IMG/VR virus record: IMGVR_UViG_3300045988_103004
Span: 1-38,881 of that record
Length of the DNA stretch: 38,881 nucleotides
Source of the DNA: a virus
Strand: one strand, 5' to 3'
Under the pieces are notes generated by a model. It did no database searches, was not told the origin of the DNA, and worked only from the letters and a program-made list of their open reading frames with translations. Position numbers and translations under genes: made by a program. Shown here piece by piece: positions 8,668 to 18,856 of the stretch. Position 1 is the stretch's first letter; each line of letters opens with the position of its first letter.

Positions 8668-9277
8668 AAAACATAATGATTATGTCCGTTATGCTTCTAT
8701 TAAAATCCATGAAAGAAGTGCAGATGATGACCAAAGTGAAATGATTATAGAAGGTAAAGCTGTGTGCTTTGAAGATCCTACAGTCCTTTGGAAAGATGGC
8801 GATACTGAGTATAAAGAAATTATCGCTCGTGATGCATTTAGTGATTGTGATATGAGTGATTGTTTTCTAAAGTACAATCACAATGATACAGTGATGGCAA
8901 TGGCAAGAACAAAAAATAAAACATTGCAAATAGATATAAGAGAAGATGGTGTGTATATTATTGCCAACCTAGCTAATACAACAGCAGGAAGAGATTTATA
9001 TGAACTAGTTAAGCGAGGGGACATTGATAAAATGTCATTTGCTTTTACGATAAGAGAAGAGTCTTACGATCGAGACGCTCATACATGGACTGTACGAAAG
9101 ATTGACAAGCTATATGATGTAGCGGCAGTTACAGTTCCAGCCTATGAAAATACTTCTCTATATGCTCGAAGACATGATGACGTGGAGGCGTTACGTGTTA
9201 AAGAGGTGGAGTCCTTACAGAGAGCATTAGAACAACGTAAAATAAAACTTAAACTAGAAATACAAAAATATATTTAA
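8645..9277 (+). CDS. prohead maturation protease (HK97 family); the ORF is open from 8579, but the likely start is ATG 8645, preceded by aaggagg
   Basis: Same frame as the 8579 ORF; 'ERSADDDQSEMIIEGKAVCFEDPTV...' resembles the S78/U35 prohead protease N-terminus; lies between portal and capsid. Confidence 0.65.
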   Translation: MAQMKQARKHNDYVRYASIKIHERSADDDQSEMIIEGKAVCFEDPTVLWKDGDTEYKEIIARDAFSDCDMSDCFLKYNHNDTVMAMARTKNKTLQIDIREDGVYIIANLANTTAGRDLYELVKRGDIDKMSFAFTIREESYDRDAHTWTVRKIDKLYDVAAVTVPAYENTSLYARRHDDVEALRVKEVESLQRALEQRKIKLKLEIQKYI

Positions 9278-9298
9278 AGTTCAACAGGAGGAAATAAA

Positions 9299-10528
9299 AT
9301 GAACGAACAACAAATCCGTGCGAGATTGAAAGAAATTGCAACTCGCTTATCAGCTTTAGATGCTGACATCGATAATGTAGATTTAAAATCAGCAGAAGCT
9401 GAACAAAGACTTGCTAATCTAAATAATGAAGTAGCTTCATTAGTAGCAGAAAGAGCAGATCTAAACAAAAAATTAACACAAATTGTACGTAGTGCTTTTG
9501 AAGGTGGCAACACTGTTGTTGCACCAAATAAGCCATTAGTAACAGAAAGAAGTGATTTAGCTAAGCTCTCTATGAGAGACAAAATGTCTTATATTTTAGG
9601 CAAACGATTACGTGGACATTTATTTGATGAATCAGAAAAGAGAGCATTAGGAAAAGCTTTAACAACAACAGCAACTGAATATGTTGCTGCATCCACTTCA
9701 GTTGATGGTGTAAATAACGCTGGTGTATTTATTTCAACTACAATTATTTTAGATTTATTAAAGGAAGAAGGTAAACTTAGCCCTATTTTCCGTGATATTA
9801 ATTTCATGCACGTTAAAGGGATGACAACATATCCATATCGTGAATCTAGAACAGCAGCAAAAGCTAAAGCAGAAGGCAAGAACACTGGCGATAACCAAAT
9901 GAAGTGGGGTAAGCTAGAACTTACAAAAGGTTATTTACAAATTGTTATTCCAGTAACTGATGAGGTAGTAGCTTTGACTGATTGGGATTTAGGAGCATAC
10001 ATTGTAAGTCAAATGCTTCAAGACTTAGAAGAAGACTGGGCTAATGATTTAATTTATGCTGATGGAACTGAGAATAAAGTTAAAGGAATTACTGCAGGTG
10101 CTGTAGCCGCTGTTACAGGTGGATATGCCGCAGACGCCGATATTGTTAAAGTATTAACAGATGCAATTAAGGCTTGCAAAGGCAAATTTAGAAAAGGCGC
10201 TAAGGTTTATGTAGCACAAGATATTTATGATAGCGTATTTTTCTCATTAGATAAAAATGGAAACTTTAGATATCCTGTGTTTAACAATACAGCAGGCATT
10301 TCATCGCTAGGAAATATCCGTATTGAAGTAGATGAAAATTTAAATGAAGGTGACTTTATTGTAGGTAATGTTTCTAAATATTTTAAAGCAAACTTATTAC
10401 TTGATTTAAGAGTTGAGCAAGAAAGACAAGCGACTTATGGAATTACAAATCATGTAGCTTCAGAGTTCTGTGCAACTGCACCATTCAGCGGAGCATTTAT
10501 CTACGGCTCTAAAAAAGTAGGTTCCTAA
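9299..10528 (+). CDS. major capsid protein, HK97 fold, with N-terminal coiled-coil (delta/scaffold) domain
   Basis: 409 aa; N-terminal about 100 aa are coiled coil ('IRARLKEIATRLSALDADIDNVDLKSAEAEQRLANLNNEVASL'), followed by a capsid body; RBS aggagga. Confidence 0.85.
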   Translation: MNEQQIRARLKEIATRLSALDADIDNVDLKSAEAEQRLANLNNEVASLVAERADLNKKLTQIVRSAFEGGNTVVAPNKPLVTERSDLAKLSMRDKMSYILGKRLRGHLFDESEKRALGKALTTTATEYVAASTSVDGVNNAGVFISTTIILDLLKEEGKLSPIFRDINFMHVKGMTTYPYRESRTAAKAKAEGKNTGDNQMKWGKLELTKGYLQIVIPVTDEVVALTDWDLGAYIVSQMLQDLEEDWANDLIYADGTENKVKGITAGAVAAVTGGYAADADIVKVLTDAIKACKGKFRKGAKVYVAQDIYDSVFFSLDKNGNFRYPVFNNTAGISSLGNIRIEVDENLNEGDFIVGNVSKYFKANLLLDLRVEQERQATYGITNHVASEFCATAPFSGAFIYGSKKVGS

Positions 10529-10544
10529 TTAAAAGGAGGTAGCC

Positions 10545-10847
10545 ATGATGCGTACGATATTAACTAATGAAGAAGTGGGAAAAGCAATTAACGTAGACCC
10601 TGACTTTGATGAAGAGGTGCTTAGTTCGTATGCAAATACGGCTACCTCTTTTATTAAAGAAAAAACTGGGTATGATTTTTCTAATGATGAAAATATAGAA
10701 CCATTAGCAAAGCAATGCGCTAGAATGTATGTTCGACAATTACATTATGGTAGCAATGGATATAACAAAGAGCATGATTATACATTAGGAATAACAAGTT
10801 TAATAGTTGATTTGCAAGTTATAGCTAATAGAAAGAAGGGTATTTAG
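10545..10847 (+). CDS. head-tail connector protein (gp6-like)
   Basis: 100 aa; small protein immediately after the capsid gene; synteny. Confidence 0.5.
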   Translation: MMRTILTNEEVGKAINVDPDFDEEVLSSYANTATSFIKEKTGYDFSNDENIEPLAKQCARMYVRQLHYGSNGYNKEHDYTLGITSLIVDLQVIANRKKGI

Positions 10848-11246
10848 ATGCCTGATTATAATGGTTATATGTATCCACAAAAAGATAAGAATATTAAAAT
10901 TTTTAAAATCAAAAAAAAGAGATATCCTGACCAGGAACAAATCGAATTAAGAATAAAACAATATATACATCCAGAGTCATCTAAAATTAGAGCCTATATT
11001 AGACAAATAGTAGCTACTGAATCGTTTAATAACGATGGACACCAGCAAAACAGATCTTATTTAGTAGCAATCAATTATAGAAAAGGAATTGATGAAGACT
11101 GCTATATTGAGTATGCAGATAAGGTGTTATCCGTAACTGGTGTTGATGGTTATGAACTAAATAATTTGGAACTAAAATTGACTGCTAAGGAAACTAATGA
11201 CGATTTAGCATTTGATTATGAAGAATATCAGGAGTGGCATAAATGA
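10848..11246 (+). CDS. head closure / head-tail adaptor protein
   Basis: 132 aa; synteny within the connector block; start overlaps the upstream stop. Confidence 0.45.
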   Translation: MPDYNGYMYPQKDKNIKIFKIKKKRYPDQEQIELRIKQYIHPESSKIRAYIRQIVATESFNNDGHQQNRSYLVAINYRKGIDEDCYIEYADKVLSVTGVDGYELNNLELKLTAKETNDDLAFDYEEYQEWHK

Positions 11247-11668
11247 GAGTGGCAGAGTTAGAAGGATGGGCAATTGATAATATCCAAAGAATTTTAAAAA
11301 GTGCGGGGCTTACAAATGGTAATTTGCTTGATCCAGATGAAGTGAAAAAAACAGATGATACATTGTTTTGGTTTAAGAAAAATGAAAATGTAAGCAGTAC
11401 TAACAAAAAAATGTATGTTATATGGAGTTTAGCTTCATTAACGCCATTAGGGTATGCAGATGACAAAGTGGCAGTCAGAAATGTATATATTTCTATTGAT
11501 TTTTACACAAGATTAGGACAACTACATCAAACCACTTTAAAGACTATTGATAGAGTGGATGAAGAATTTACAAAAAACGGCTGGCAATTTGAAAGAGTGG
11601 CATTTGACGCAGTCGATGAAATAAATGGAATAACGCAAATACGTTATTCTGCCACTATTAAAATTTAG
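11243..11668 (+). CDS. tail completion / HK97 gp10-like protein
   Basis: 141 aa; synteny; ATGA overlap with the upstream gene. Confidence 0.45.
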   Translation: MRVAELEGWAIDNIQRILKSAGLTNGNLLDPDEVKKTDDTLFWFKKNENVSSTNKKMYVIWSLASLTPLGYADDKVAVRNVYISIDFYTRLGQLHQTTLKTIDRVDEEFTKNGWQFERVAFDAVDEINGITQIRYSATIKI

Positions 11669-11679
11669 GAGGAAAACAA

Positions 11680-12258
11680 ATGCTAAGAAAAATTAGAGTA
11701 TTCCCAATCACTGGTTATGATAGTACTGGTTATCCGCAATATGGGTCACCATTGCCATTAGTAACAGTAGATGAAGGCGAAACCGAAGTTAATAATATTA
11801 GATTTAAATTAACACCTACAACTACTACTAAAACATTAAGTGCTGATGATAGGGAAGAAACACATACTGCAATTGTAGGTTTTACATTTGAATTAGAAGC
11901 GTATGGAATTGACGGAAAAGCACTTGCGGCAATTACAGAAGCTACATTAGATGCAAATGGAAATATTAATCATACGGTTAACACAGGAACAGAAAAGTAT
12001 GTGGGTATTTTCATTGAAGGTAAAAATGAAAAAGGTAAAAAATTCCAAAAATGGTTTTATAAATGCAAATTTGATCCAATTGATGAAGAGGCTAAAACAC
12101 AATCATCAACTGCAGAATCAATGACATTATCGGGCTCAGGTGTGGTCATTACTGCAGGTGGAAAAGATAGAACACATGCTACAGTTTATGAAGGCAACAC
12201 AGGATATATTAGTGGTGAGCCAACTGCAGCAGGAATATATAAGGAACCAACTGAATAA
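11680..12258 (+). CDS. major tail protein
   Basis: 192 aa; position immediately upstream of the chaperone and tape-measure genes; RBS aggagga. Confidence 0.65.
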   Translation: MLRKIRVFPITGYDSTGYPQYGSPLPLVTVDEGETEVNNIRFKLTPTTTTKTLSADDREETHTAIVGFTFELEAYGIDGKALAAITEATLDANGNINHTVNTGTEKYVGIFIEGKNEKGKKFQKWFYKCKFDPIDEEAKTQSSTAESMTLSGSGVVITAGGKDRTHATVYEGNTGYISGEPTAAGIYKEPTE

Positions 12259-12626
12259 TGCGTACAGCAACGTATAAAGGACGTATTTTAGGCAATAGCA
12301 TAAATGCTTATAATTTTTACAAACAAGCCACAGGGCGCGGATTACAAGCGGATATGGCGATTTTAGGTGAAAGTTCTAAAAAGTTATCTAGCATTGACCC
12401 TAATAAAATGACTCCAGAAGAATTAGTAGAGGCAAGTAAACAAGTTGATACAGCTTCAATAGTTATGGGACTTTATGTAGCTTTAAGAAAAAGTGGAGAT
12501 CCTGAAGTACGTAGAAAAACGCCTGAGCAAATATTAGATGAACTAGAAATGGATAATTTATCAGATCCAAAATTATTAAATGTAATGGTGGAATTAATAT
12601 CACCAAAAAAAGAGCTAGCGGAGTAG
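12258..12626 (+). CDS. tail assembly chaperone (G-like)
   Basis: 122 aa; ends just after an A7 slippery run; lies between the major tail and tape-measure genes. Confidence 0.6.
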   Translation: MRTATYKGRILGNSINAYNFYKQATGRGLQADMAILGESSKKLSSIDPNKMTPEELVEASKQVDTASIVMGLYVALRKSGDPEVRRKTPEQILDELEMDNLSDPKLLNVMVELISPKKELAE

Positions 12627-12814
12627 TAAATCCGAAGAGGGTTGATATTGACCTTCAGATTGCATATTGCTTCGCAGTTTTATCAATACCGAACTTTTAT
12701 TTAGATGTATGGGACATTGATGATTTAAGCAACTTTATAGATCTCTATAATTCGGATGCTAATTCAACCAAGTCAGAAAAAATATATACAGAAGATAACC
12801 TAGATCAGTTTTAG
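12605..12814 (+). other. Programmed -1 ribosomal frameshift site (A AAA AAA at 12605..12611) and the resulting -1 frame extension (GT-like chaperone C-terminus) ending at stop 12812..12814
   Basis: The zero frame reads 'cca aaa aaa gag'; the -1 frame is open for about 67 further codons ('RASGVVNPKRVDIDLQIAYCFAVLSIPNFYLDVWDIDDLSNFIDLYNSDANSTKSEKIYTEDNLDQF*') with no start codon. This is the classic G/GT arrangement. Confidence 0.6.
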
Positions 12815-12825
12815 GAGGTAAACAA

Positions 12826-13221
12826 ATGAATGTGTTATTAAAATATTTAGAAACTCTAAGAACTGATTTAGGACCTACTGTTAAAAATGCGATTAAAGAT
12901 GTAATAGATGAAGAAAGCAATGAATGTTTTACCACAATAAAACAAGGTACGCCTGTTTCATTAAAAGAACATCTACATTTAGTCGATACAATTAAAATTA
13001 CAAAGATTTCTAATCCAAACAAATATGGCTGGAAAATAGACTACGAAGGTTATAACGAAAAGGGTATTCCGTATAGTTTAATAGCTCGTAGTTTAAATAA
13101 AGGCTCAGCATTTGGTGAAGCAACTCATCATATAGACGTTGCTGTTCATAATTTAAAGGGTTTGGATGAAAGAATAGATAAACATGTTGAAGAAGAATTA
13201 AAAAAGTTAGGAGGTAATTAG
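12826..13221 (+). CDS. hypothetical protein between chaperone and tape-measure genes
   Basis: 131 aa; RBS aggagg; no recognisable domain. Confidence 0.4.
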   Translation: MNVLLKYLETLRTDLGPTVKNAIKDVIDEESNECFTTIKQGTPVSLKEHLHLVDTIKITKISNPNKYGWKIDYEGYNEKGIPYSLIARSLNKGSAFGEATHHIDVAVHNLKGLDERIDKHVEEELKKLGGN

Positions 13222-14664
13222 ATGGCAACAGAAGTATCAAGATCGCTAAGCGAAATTAACGCTGAATTAAGTAAAATCGATGAATCGTTAGGTAAGTGCA
13301 AGGATCAAACTTCATTGTTATCTAAAGCTCTACAAATTAATCCAAATAGTTTAGTGCTAATAAATGCTAAATATCAAGCACTAGGTAGACAAGTCGAAGA
13401 AGCAACAAAAAAGGTTAAACTTTTAAGAGAACAACAAAAACTAATGGTCAGCGAGGGTGTGGATAAAGAATCAAAAGAATTTAAAGATTTAACTACACAA
13501 ATCAAAAAAGCTGAATCACAAGTGAGATCACTAAAGGGACAATTGGAAAAAGTAGACTCTCAAAAGTTTAATAACTTAAAATCAGGTTTAAATGGAATAT
13601 CGCGTGCTTGCTCTATGATATTAGCTTCAGTTGTAGCAATAGGAGTTGCTTTTGCGGCATCAGGTGATGAAATAGCTAAAGCTTCAGAAAAATATAGTAT
13701 CAGTGCTGCTACTTATCAGTATTGGAAAAATATATTTTCAAAAACTACTGGCAATGATAATGGCTATATGACAACGCTAGCTAGTGTTACTAATTTATTA
13801 GGACAAGTGGCTAAAGGATCATCAAAAGCAGCAACAGCATTAGCTACGGTAGGATTAAGCTTAGAAGATATAAATGGATTAAGTTCTCAAGAGGCAATGT
13901 TAAAAATTATTAATGCCTTAAAAAACATTGAAGATGAAGAAACGAGAATAGCTGTAGCAACTGCTTTACTTGGAAATACTGGAACTGAAATTGCAATGGT
14001 TGCAGGACTTACGACCGATGAAATAGCTTCTTTAAATGAAGAAATGGATAACGCAGGATTAATTACTGACGAACAAGCACAAGCAGCAGCTAAACTTAAT
14101 GATGCTTATGATAATTTAAAAAATGAATTTAAGGCAGTGATAGTAGAACTAGGAACATCACTTATCCCTATGTTTCAAACGATTATTAATCTTGCTTCAG
14201 CGTTTACACCTTTGATTTCAGGAATTGCGAAAATTATGCAAGCAATAGGACCAGCCGGACAAGTTCTTATAATAGTTATATTAGGATTATTAGTAGTTAT
14301 TCCAAAATTAATAATAGGTGTGTATTCTTTAAACACAGCATTAACGGCTTTAGGTGCTAATCCTATTAGTGCAAAATTTTTATTGATTGCAGCGGCTGTT
14401 GCGGCAGTGACATTAGGTGTTACTGCATTAGCTGGTGCTATAACTAATTTAGATAATACTAGTGCAACAATTGATACAACATTAGCTGAATCAACACTTC
14501 AGCATACTGCTTCAGCAACAAGCGGAAATAGTGAAGGAACAAGCGGTAATACATACGTTACTTACAATGACTATGGAACTCAAAATGTTACGATAGATCA
14601 AGATATAGATATTGATGAAGTTATAGATGCGCTTCATTCTAAAAAAATTCAAGTGGGAGGATAA
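13222..14664 (+). CDS. tail tape measure protein (short, 480 aa)
   Basis: Coiled-coil N-terminus, internal hydrophobic/TM stretches ('IIVILGLLVVIPKLIIGVYSL', 'LLIAAAVAAVTLGVTALAGA'), position after the chaperones. Confidence 0.75.
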   Translation: MATEVSRSLSEINAELSKIDESLGKCKDQTSLLSKALQINPNSLVLINAKYQALGRQVEEATKKVKLLREQQKLMVSEGVDKESKEFKDLTTQIKKAESQVRSLKGQLEKVDSQKFNNLKSGLNGISRACSMILASVVAIGVAFAASGDEIAKASEKYSISAATYQYWKNIFSKTTGNDNGYMTTLASVTNLLGQVAKGSSKAATALATVGLSLEDINGLSSQEAMLKIINALKNIEDEETRIAVATALLGNTGTEIAMVAGLTTDEIASLNEEMDNAGLITDEQAQAAAKLNDAYDNLKNEFKAVIVELGTSLIPMFQTIINLASAFTPLISGIAKIMQAIGPAGQVLIIVILGLLVVIPKLIIGVYSLNTALTALGANPISAKFLLIAAAVAAVTLGVTALAGAITNLDNTSATIDTTLAESTLQHTASATSGNSEGTSGNTYVTYNDYGTQNVTIDQDIDIDEVIDALHSKKIQVGG

Positions 14665-14668
14665 TAAA

Positions 14669-15526
14669 ATGAATAGAAGAATTTTTACACTTGAAGCTTA
14701 TGATTTGTTAATGAACAAATTAAGTGCTTTTATTTTAGAAAAAGTTACCTCAGTATCAGGTATAGGATTTAAACAAAAAGTAACAATTCAAGAAACTGAC
14801 ACTGTAGATTATGTTATACACCAATCAATGGAAAAAAAGGCAATTAAACTTCAAGTACATTTTTGTGGAAGTGATTGTTATTCACAAGCTAGAGCTTTTT
14901 TAGATTGGATAGCCAGCTATGTAGATTTGTCATCATACAAAATGGTTCTTAAATATAATGAAGGAACCTCCGATAAATGGATTGATACATATATTCAAGA
15001 ATATGAATTGATAGGAATGGAGGCTGGAGTGGCAAGTGTACAATTAACCATAAAGCCATTAAGTCCTCCTTATACAAACTTAACAAAAACTATTTTAATC
15101 ACTTCAAGTAAGGATAGTAAAACTTATCCGTATGGTTATCCATACGCTTATGGTGGAGGCTCTTATGGTAGCAATGAATTAGTGAACTCTTATATTCATG
15201 CTATACCATTATGCGTTACTCTTTACGGAAAGATAGCTAACCCCCAGGTGTCATTATTTGATGAAGCTGGTAACTGCTATGCAACTGTTAAATTTACTGG
15301 TGTAACGCTTCAAGCAGGACACAAGATTATAGTTGATGGCATTAATTCTAAAATAACTTATGTAAATGCTGATGGTGAAGAAATAGATTATTTTAATTAT
15401 ATTGATAAAACATCAGATACATTTCTATTTGCAAAAAAAGGAACTTCAAAAATTGTTCCAAACTTAGACTCTTCTGAAGAATCATCCCCTTATGTAGAGA
15501 TAACCTACATTCAGTATTCATTATAG
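14669..15526 (+). CDS. distal tail protein (Dit-like); the ORF is open from 14627, the likely start is ATG 14669 after gggagga
   Basis: Position directly after the tape measure; about 285 aa. Confidence 0.5.
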   Translation: MNRRIFTLEAYDLLMNKLSAFILEKVTSVSGIGFKQKVTIQETDTVDYVIHQSMEKKAIKLQVHFCGSDCYSQARAFLDWIASYVDLSSYKMVLKYNEGTSDKWIDTYIQEYELIGMEAGVASVQLTIKPLSPPYTNLTKTILITSSKDSKTYPYGYPYAYGGGSYGSNELVNSYIHAIPLCVTLYGKIANPQVSLFDEAGNCYATVKFTGVTLQAGHKIIVDGINSKITYVNADGEEIDYFNYIDKTSDTFLFAKKGTSKIVPNLDSSEESSPYVEITYIQYSL

Positions 15527-15536
15527 AGGTGGTAGT

Positions 15537-16571
15537 ATGTTCGTTGTACTTTACGATAAAGACTTCAAAGCATTAGGAAGATGGACAACTTATCCATGTA
15601 GTTCATGGACTTTAACAAAAAAAGCAGTTGAGTTTGATGAGCTAACATGCGTTACAAGAACTATTGATAATTCAAAAAATGCAGTATTTGTAGGATTACA
15701 TGAAAATGATGGATCACTTGTTTATATGGCTTTGTGCGGTAAACCTACTACTGCAAAAGGTCAAACAACTATAAAAGCTGTGGATCTTCGCCAAATTTTT
15801 TCACAAAAAATTAATGTAGAGCTTTCACGATTTACACAAAGCTATAATCAAACACCAGCTGAATTATTTAGTTATTTGTTAGGCTTGCCGAAATCGATTT
15901 CGCTATTAGGATTTACTTATGATGTCGATGTTACTGAGCTAAATAAAAATCATGTAGCATGGAAAACAAATAGTATTGAAACAGAAGATGGAATATGCAA
16001 TGTGTGGTCTTTACTTCAAGCGAGCTGCAACTGGTATGATTGCTATATAGAAACTAACGTTGATTTGATAGAGCTAAAAATAACTTTTAAAGTAAAAGTA
16101 ATTACAGAGCTGATATCATTTAAAATGTCAGACTTTAGTCAAACAAATATAGTAAATAATTCAACTGTTACTAACAGAGTAATAGTTACAGATGGTACTA
16201 ATAAAAGCGAATTTATATTATTAAGTGATGACTCAATAATTGATTTTGCAACAGCTAAAATAGATTATCAAAATCAAATAATATATCCAGCAAGAGTTGA
16301 AACCATAAAAACTGATAAATATTCAGATGCTGTAAAGCAAGGATTACAAATTCTTTATAAGAATAGATTTCAAAGTAAAGTAACAATTGATAGTAATTGT
16401 GCTTTAGGTAGTATTCTTCTTAAACTTGATTTAAATACTTTTGCTGATATTTACGGATATAACGCTGCTGATAATTCGACAAGTAAAAGGTTACCAGTTA
16501 TGTCGATTACCCAGTCAAGCGGGGGCACAACTAAAGTGTCTTTTGGAAGATTATCAGAGTACTGGTACTAG
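15537..16571 (+). CDS. tail protein (Tal-like N-terminal / tail endopeptidase family, tentative)
   Basis: 344 aa; synteny after Dit; RBS gaggtgg. Confidence 0.45.
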   Translation: MFVVLYDKDFKALGRWTTYPCSSWTLTKKAVEFDELTCVTRTIDNSKNAVFVGLHENDGSLVYMALCGKPTTAKGQTTIKAVDLRQIFSQKINVELSRFTQSYNQTPAELFSYLLGLPKSISLLGFTYDVDVTELNKNHVAWKTNSIETEDGICNVWSLLQASCNWYDCYIETNVDLIELKITFKVKVITELISFKMSDFSQTNIVNNSTVTNRVIVTDGTNKSEFILLSDDSIIDFATAKIDYQNQIIYPARVETIKTDKYSDAVKQGLQILYKNRFQSKVTIDSNCALGSILLKLDLNTFADIYGYNAADNSTSKRLPVMSITQSSGGTTKVSFGRLSEYWY

Positions 16572-16585
16572 AAAGGGAAAATGGT

Positions 16586-17605
16586 ATGGCATTAAAGCTT
16601 ATTAGAAAAAACAATCAAACTGAAGTTACTGCTTATGATGATGCAACTATTTTTCATCTAGCAAAAGGACATGATGTTTTAACTTTTAAAAATGGTGGAA
16701 TATTTAAAGGTGTTTATAATTCATTCGGTTATATTTTAGATCGCGTAAATAGAAAATTTATTCTTAAGTCAGGAATGGGAATGCTTTATGGAAGACAATT
16801 TGAATTGCCAGATAACGATACTATGGAATTCTCACTTGCAACGGCGACTAGTAATTCGTTTACAACGATTTATGTTGAAATAAATACTACTACAGATCCA
16901 GAAACGATAGAAATAAAATCTATCACATCAAACACTGGAATTGCATCATTAGGGAATACAGACATTTATAAATATAAAAAAGGCGTTGCAAGAATGCCAT
17001 TATATACAATTAGAATAACTGATGGTTTAGTTTTTTCAGTTTCTAAAGTTGCATATATTTACGAACCTGGTGTAGCTGAAAGAGCTAGAGCTTTAGATGC
17101 TGATGCGACTATTAATGGACAAAAAGTAAGTGATTTAGTTGATCCTACTCAAGGCACTGCTTATGTTTATCATTCACGTCATGCGTTACAAGCTGATAGA
17201 GCTACATCGCTAGGCAATACATCAGCAAACGTTAATAATATAGATAACGAATTATACATGCCTAAAAGGGGCTCTTATTTGCTTCAAGCTATGTATTTTA
17301 AAGTTAAAGCTGATGCTAGTGAAGAATGGCAAAAGAAGAGTGTCCACACATTTAATTTGACTAATCCCAAAGGAGTTGTGGTTGGTTATTTATTTAATGT
17401 TAATACAAACTATCAATCTAATCCTTCAAAGGTTTATATGGGCTCTAACGGAGGAACTATTGAAAGAGACGGAGGACCAGTTACTATAGCGGTAACGAAT
17501 AATGGCTCTCAAACAAAGCTTACACTTACAGTGGCTGATTTATACCGTGTTGACTCTTTTAACGGAACAATTGATTTGTATGTGCTTTGTTTTGGAGGTA
17601 AATAA
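16586..17605 (+). CDS. tail fibre / receptor-binding protein, paralog 1
   Basis: 339 aa; shares N-terminal and central motifs ('TAYDDA..H..KG', 'KSGMGMLYGRQFELP', 'YEPGVAERARALD...SLG') with the gene at 17608. Confidence 0.5.
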   Translation: MALKLIRKNNQTEVTAYDDATIFHLAKGHDVLTFKNGGIFKGVYNSFGYILDRVNRKFILKSGMGMLYGRQFELPDNDTMEFSLATATSNSFTTIYVEINTTTDPETIEIKSITSNTGIASLGNTDIYKYKKGVARMPLYTIRITDGLVFSVSKVAYIYEPGVAERARALDADATINGQKVSDLVDPTQGTAYVYHSRHALQADRATSLGNTSANVNNIDNELYMPKRGSYLLQAMYFKVKADASEEWQKKSVHTFNLTNPKGVVVGYLFNVNTNYQSNPSKVYMGSNGGTIERDGGPVTIAVTNNGSQTKLTLTVADLYRVDSFNGTIDLYVLCFGGK

Positions 17606-17607
17606 GT

Positions 17608-18840
17608 ATGTCGTTATCACTGATAGGTAAAGCCAATGGAACTATTACGGCATATCACGATGCTGTTGTATATCATTTTGTAAAAGGAAATTCATACCTT
17701 GATAGAAATAGTAATAAAATAGGTGGTATATTCAAAGATGTGAATAATGAATTTGATTACGAAGTAAATCAAGCACAAAAGAAAATTACTATTAAATCGG
17801 GTATGGCAATGATTTACGGTAGACAATTTGAATTACCCGAAGATGAAAGTATATCAATTGATTTTTCTTTTTTAACAGGAAAGCAATACATAATTATTTA
17901 TTTTGAATTAGATACCAGAAATGTTACAGATGAAAAAGTAACACTAAAATACGCCTATGCTGGTGGAAGTTACCCTATTTTAAATGGCGAAACTAATTTA
18001 TGCGAAAATAAAATAGGAGTAGCAAGACTAATACTTCTTCAACTGGTTTATACAGCTGGTGACGTTGAACCTTTTAGCAACATTAGCAAAGAAGCTTATG
18101 CCTATGAACCAGGAGTAGCTGAAAGAGCGCGGTCAATGGATAGCAGTGGCTCAATTAACGGAAAAGACATTACTGATTTGATTAATGCTCAATATTTCTA
18201 TAACACTAGACATTCACAAAGAGCGGATAGGACTGACTCATTGGGTACAGAAGATAACATAAATGCAATAGATGACGCTTTACATTTAACAGAAAGAGAT
18301 ACAGGTCTAGTTACAATAGGAAAAGGTGTTATATCAGTTGAGGGAGTAGAGTATAAAGATAAGCCAGAAAAAGCTAATTATTTAAATGAAAATGGCGATT
18401 ATGAATTTGTAATGAATTTTTTAGAATTGCAAAATAAATCAAAAGTAATAGGAATAATAATGGAAGGGGATTTAATGGCTTCGGAATTTAAATTTGATAC
18501 ATTATTATGGCCGTTTGGATGGTGGCACGATTTCGGAACTGATAGAGGTAAACTAGGAAAATCATTTAGACATGATGGTGCAGGAATTACTATTCTTGAT
18601 GGAAAGCTATATGAAGAAGAAAAAGAATTCTACATTTACCGTATTACTTACACTCAAGGTTATAGCGACTCCTGGGATGGAAATTGTACGATTTATAGCG
18701 ATAAAAATCTACAAACTTGTGCAGTTATGAAATTTATAAAAGCGAATGGCTCTACGCCAGCAAAATTAAAAGTTCATATCCAAGATAATTTTAGAATAAA
18801 ATGCAATTTAAAATTTAGGTTTATTTATTTAGGTAGTTAG
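17608..18840 (+). CDS. tail fibre / receptor-binding protein, paralog 2
   Basis: 410 aa; 'TAYHDAVVYHFVKG', 'KSGMAMIYGRQFELPED', 'YEPGVAERARSMD...SLG'; divergent C-terminal half. Confidence 0.5.
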   Translation: MSLSLIGKANGTITAYHDAVVYHFVKGNSYLDRNSNKIGGIFKDVNNEFDYEVNQAQKKITIKSGMAMIYGRQFELPEDESISIDFSFLTGKQYIIIYFELDTRNVTDEKVTLKYAYAGGSYPILNGETNLCENKIGVARLILLQLVYTAGDVEPFSNISKEAYAYEPGVAERARSMDSSGSINGKDITDLINAQYFYNTRHSQRADRTDSLGTEDNINAIDDALHLTERDTGLVTIGKGVISVEGVEYKDKPEKANYLNENGDYEFVMNFLELQNKSKVIGIIMEGDLMASEFKFDTLLWPFGWWHDFGTDRGKLGKSFRHDGAGITILDGKLYEEEKEFYIYRITYTQGYSDSWDGNCTIYSDKNLQTCAVMKFIKANGSTPAKLKVHIQDNFRIKCNLKFRFIYLGS

Positions 18841-18856
18841 GAGGAAAAGGAAACAA

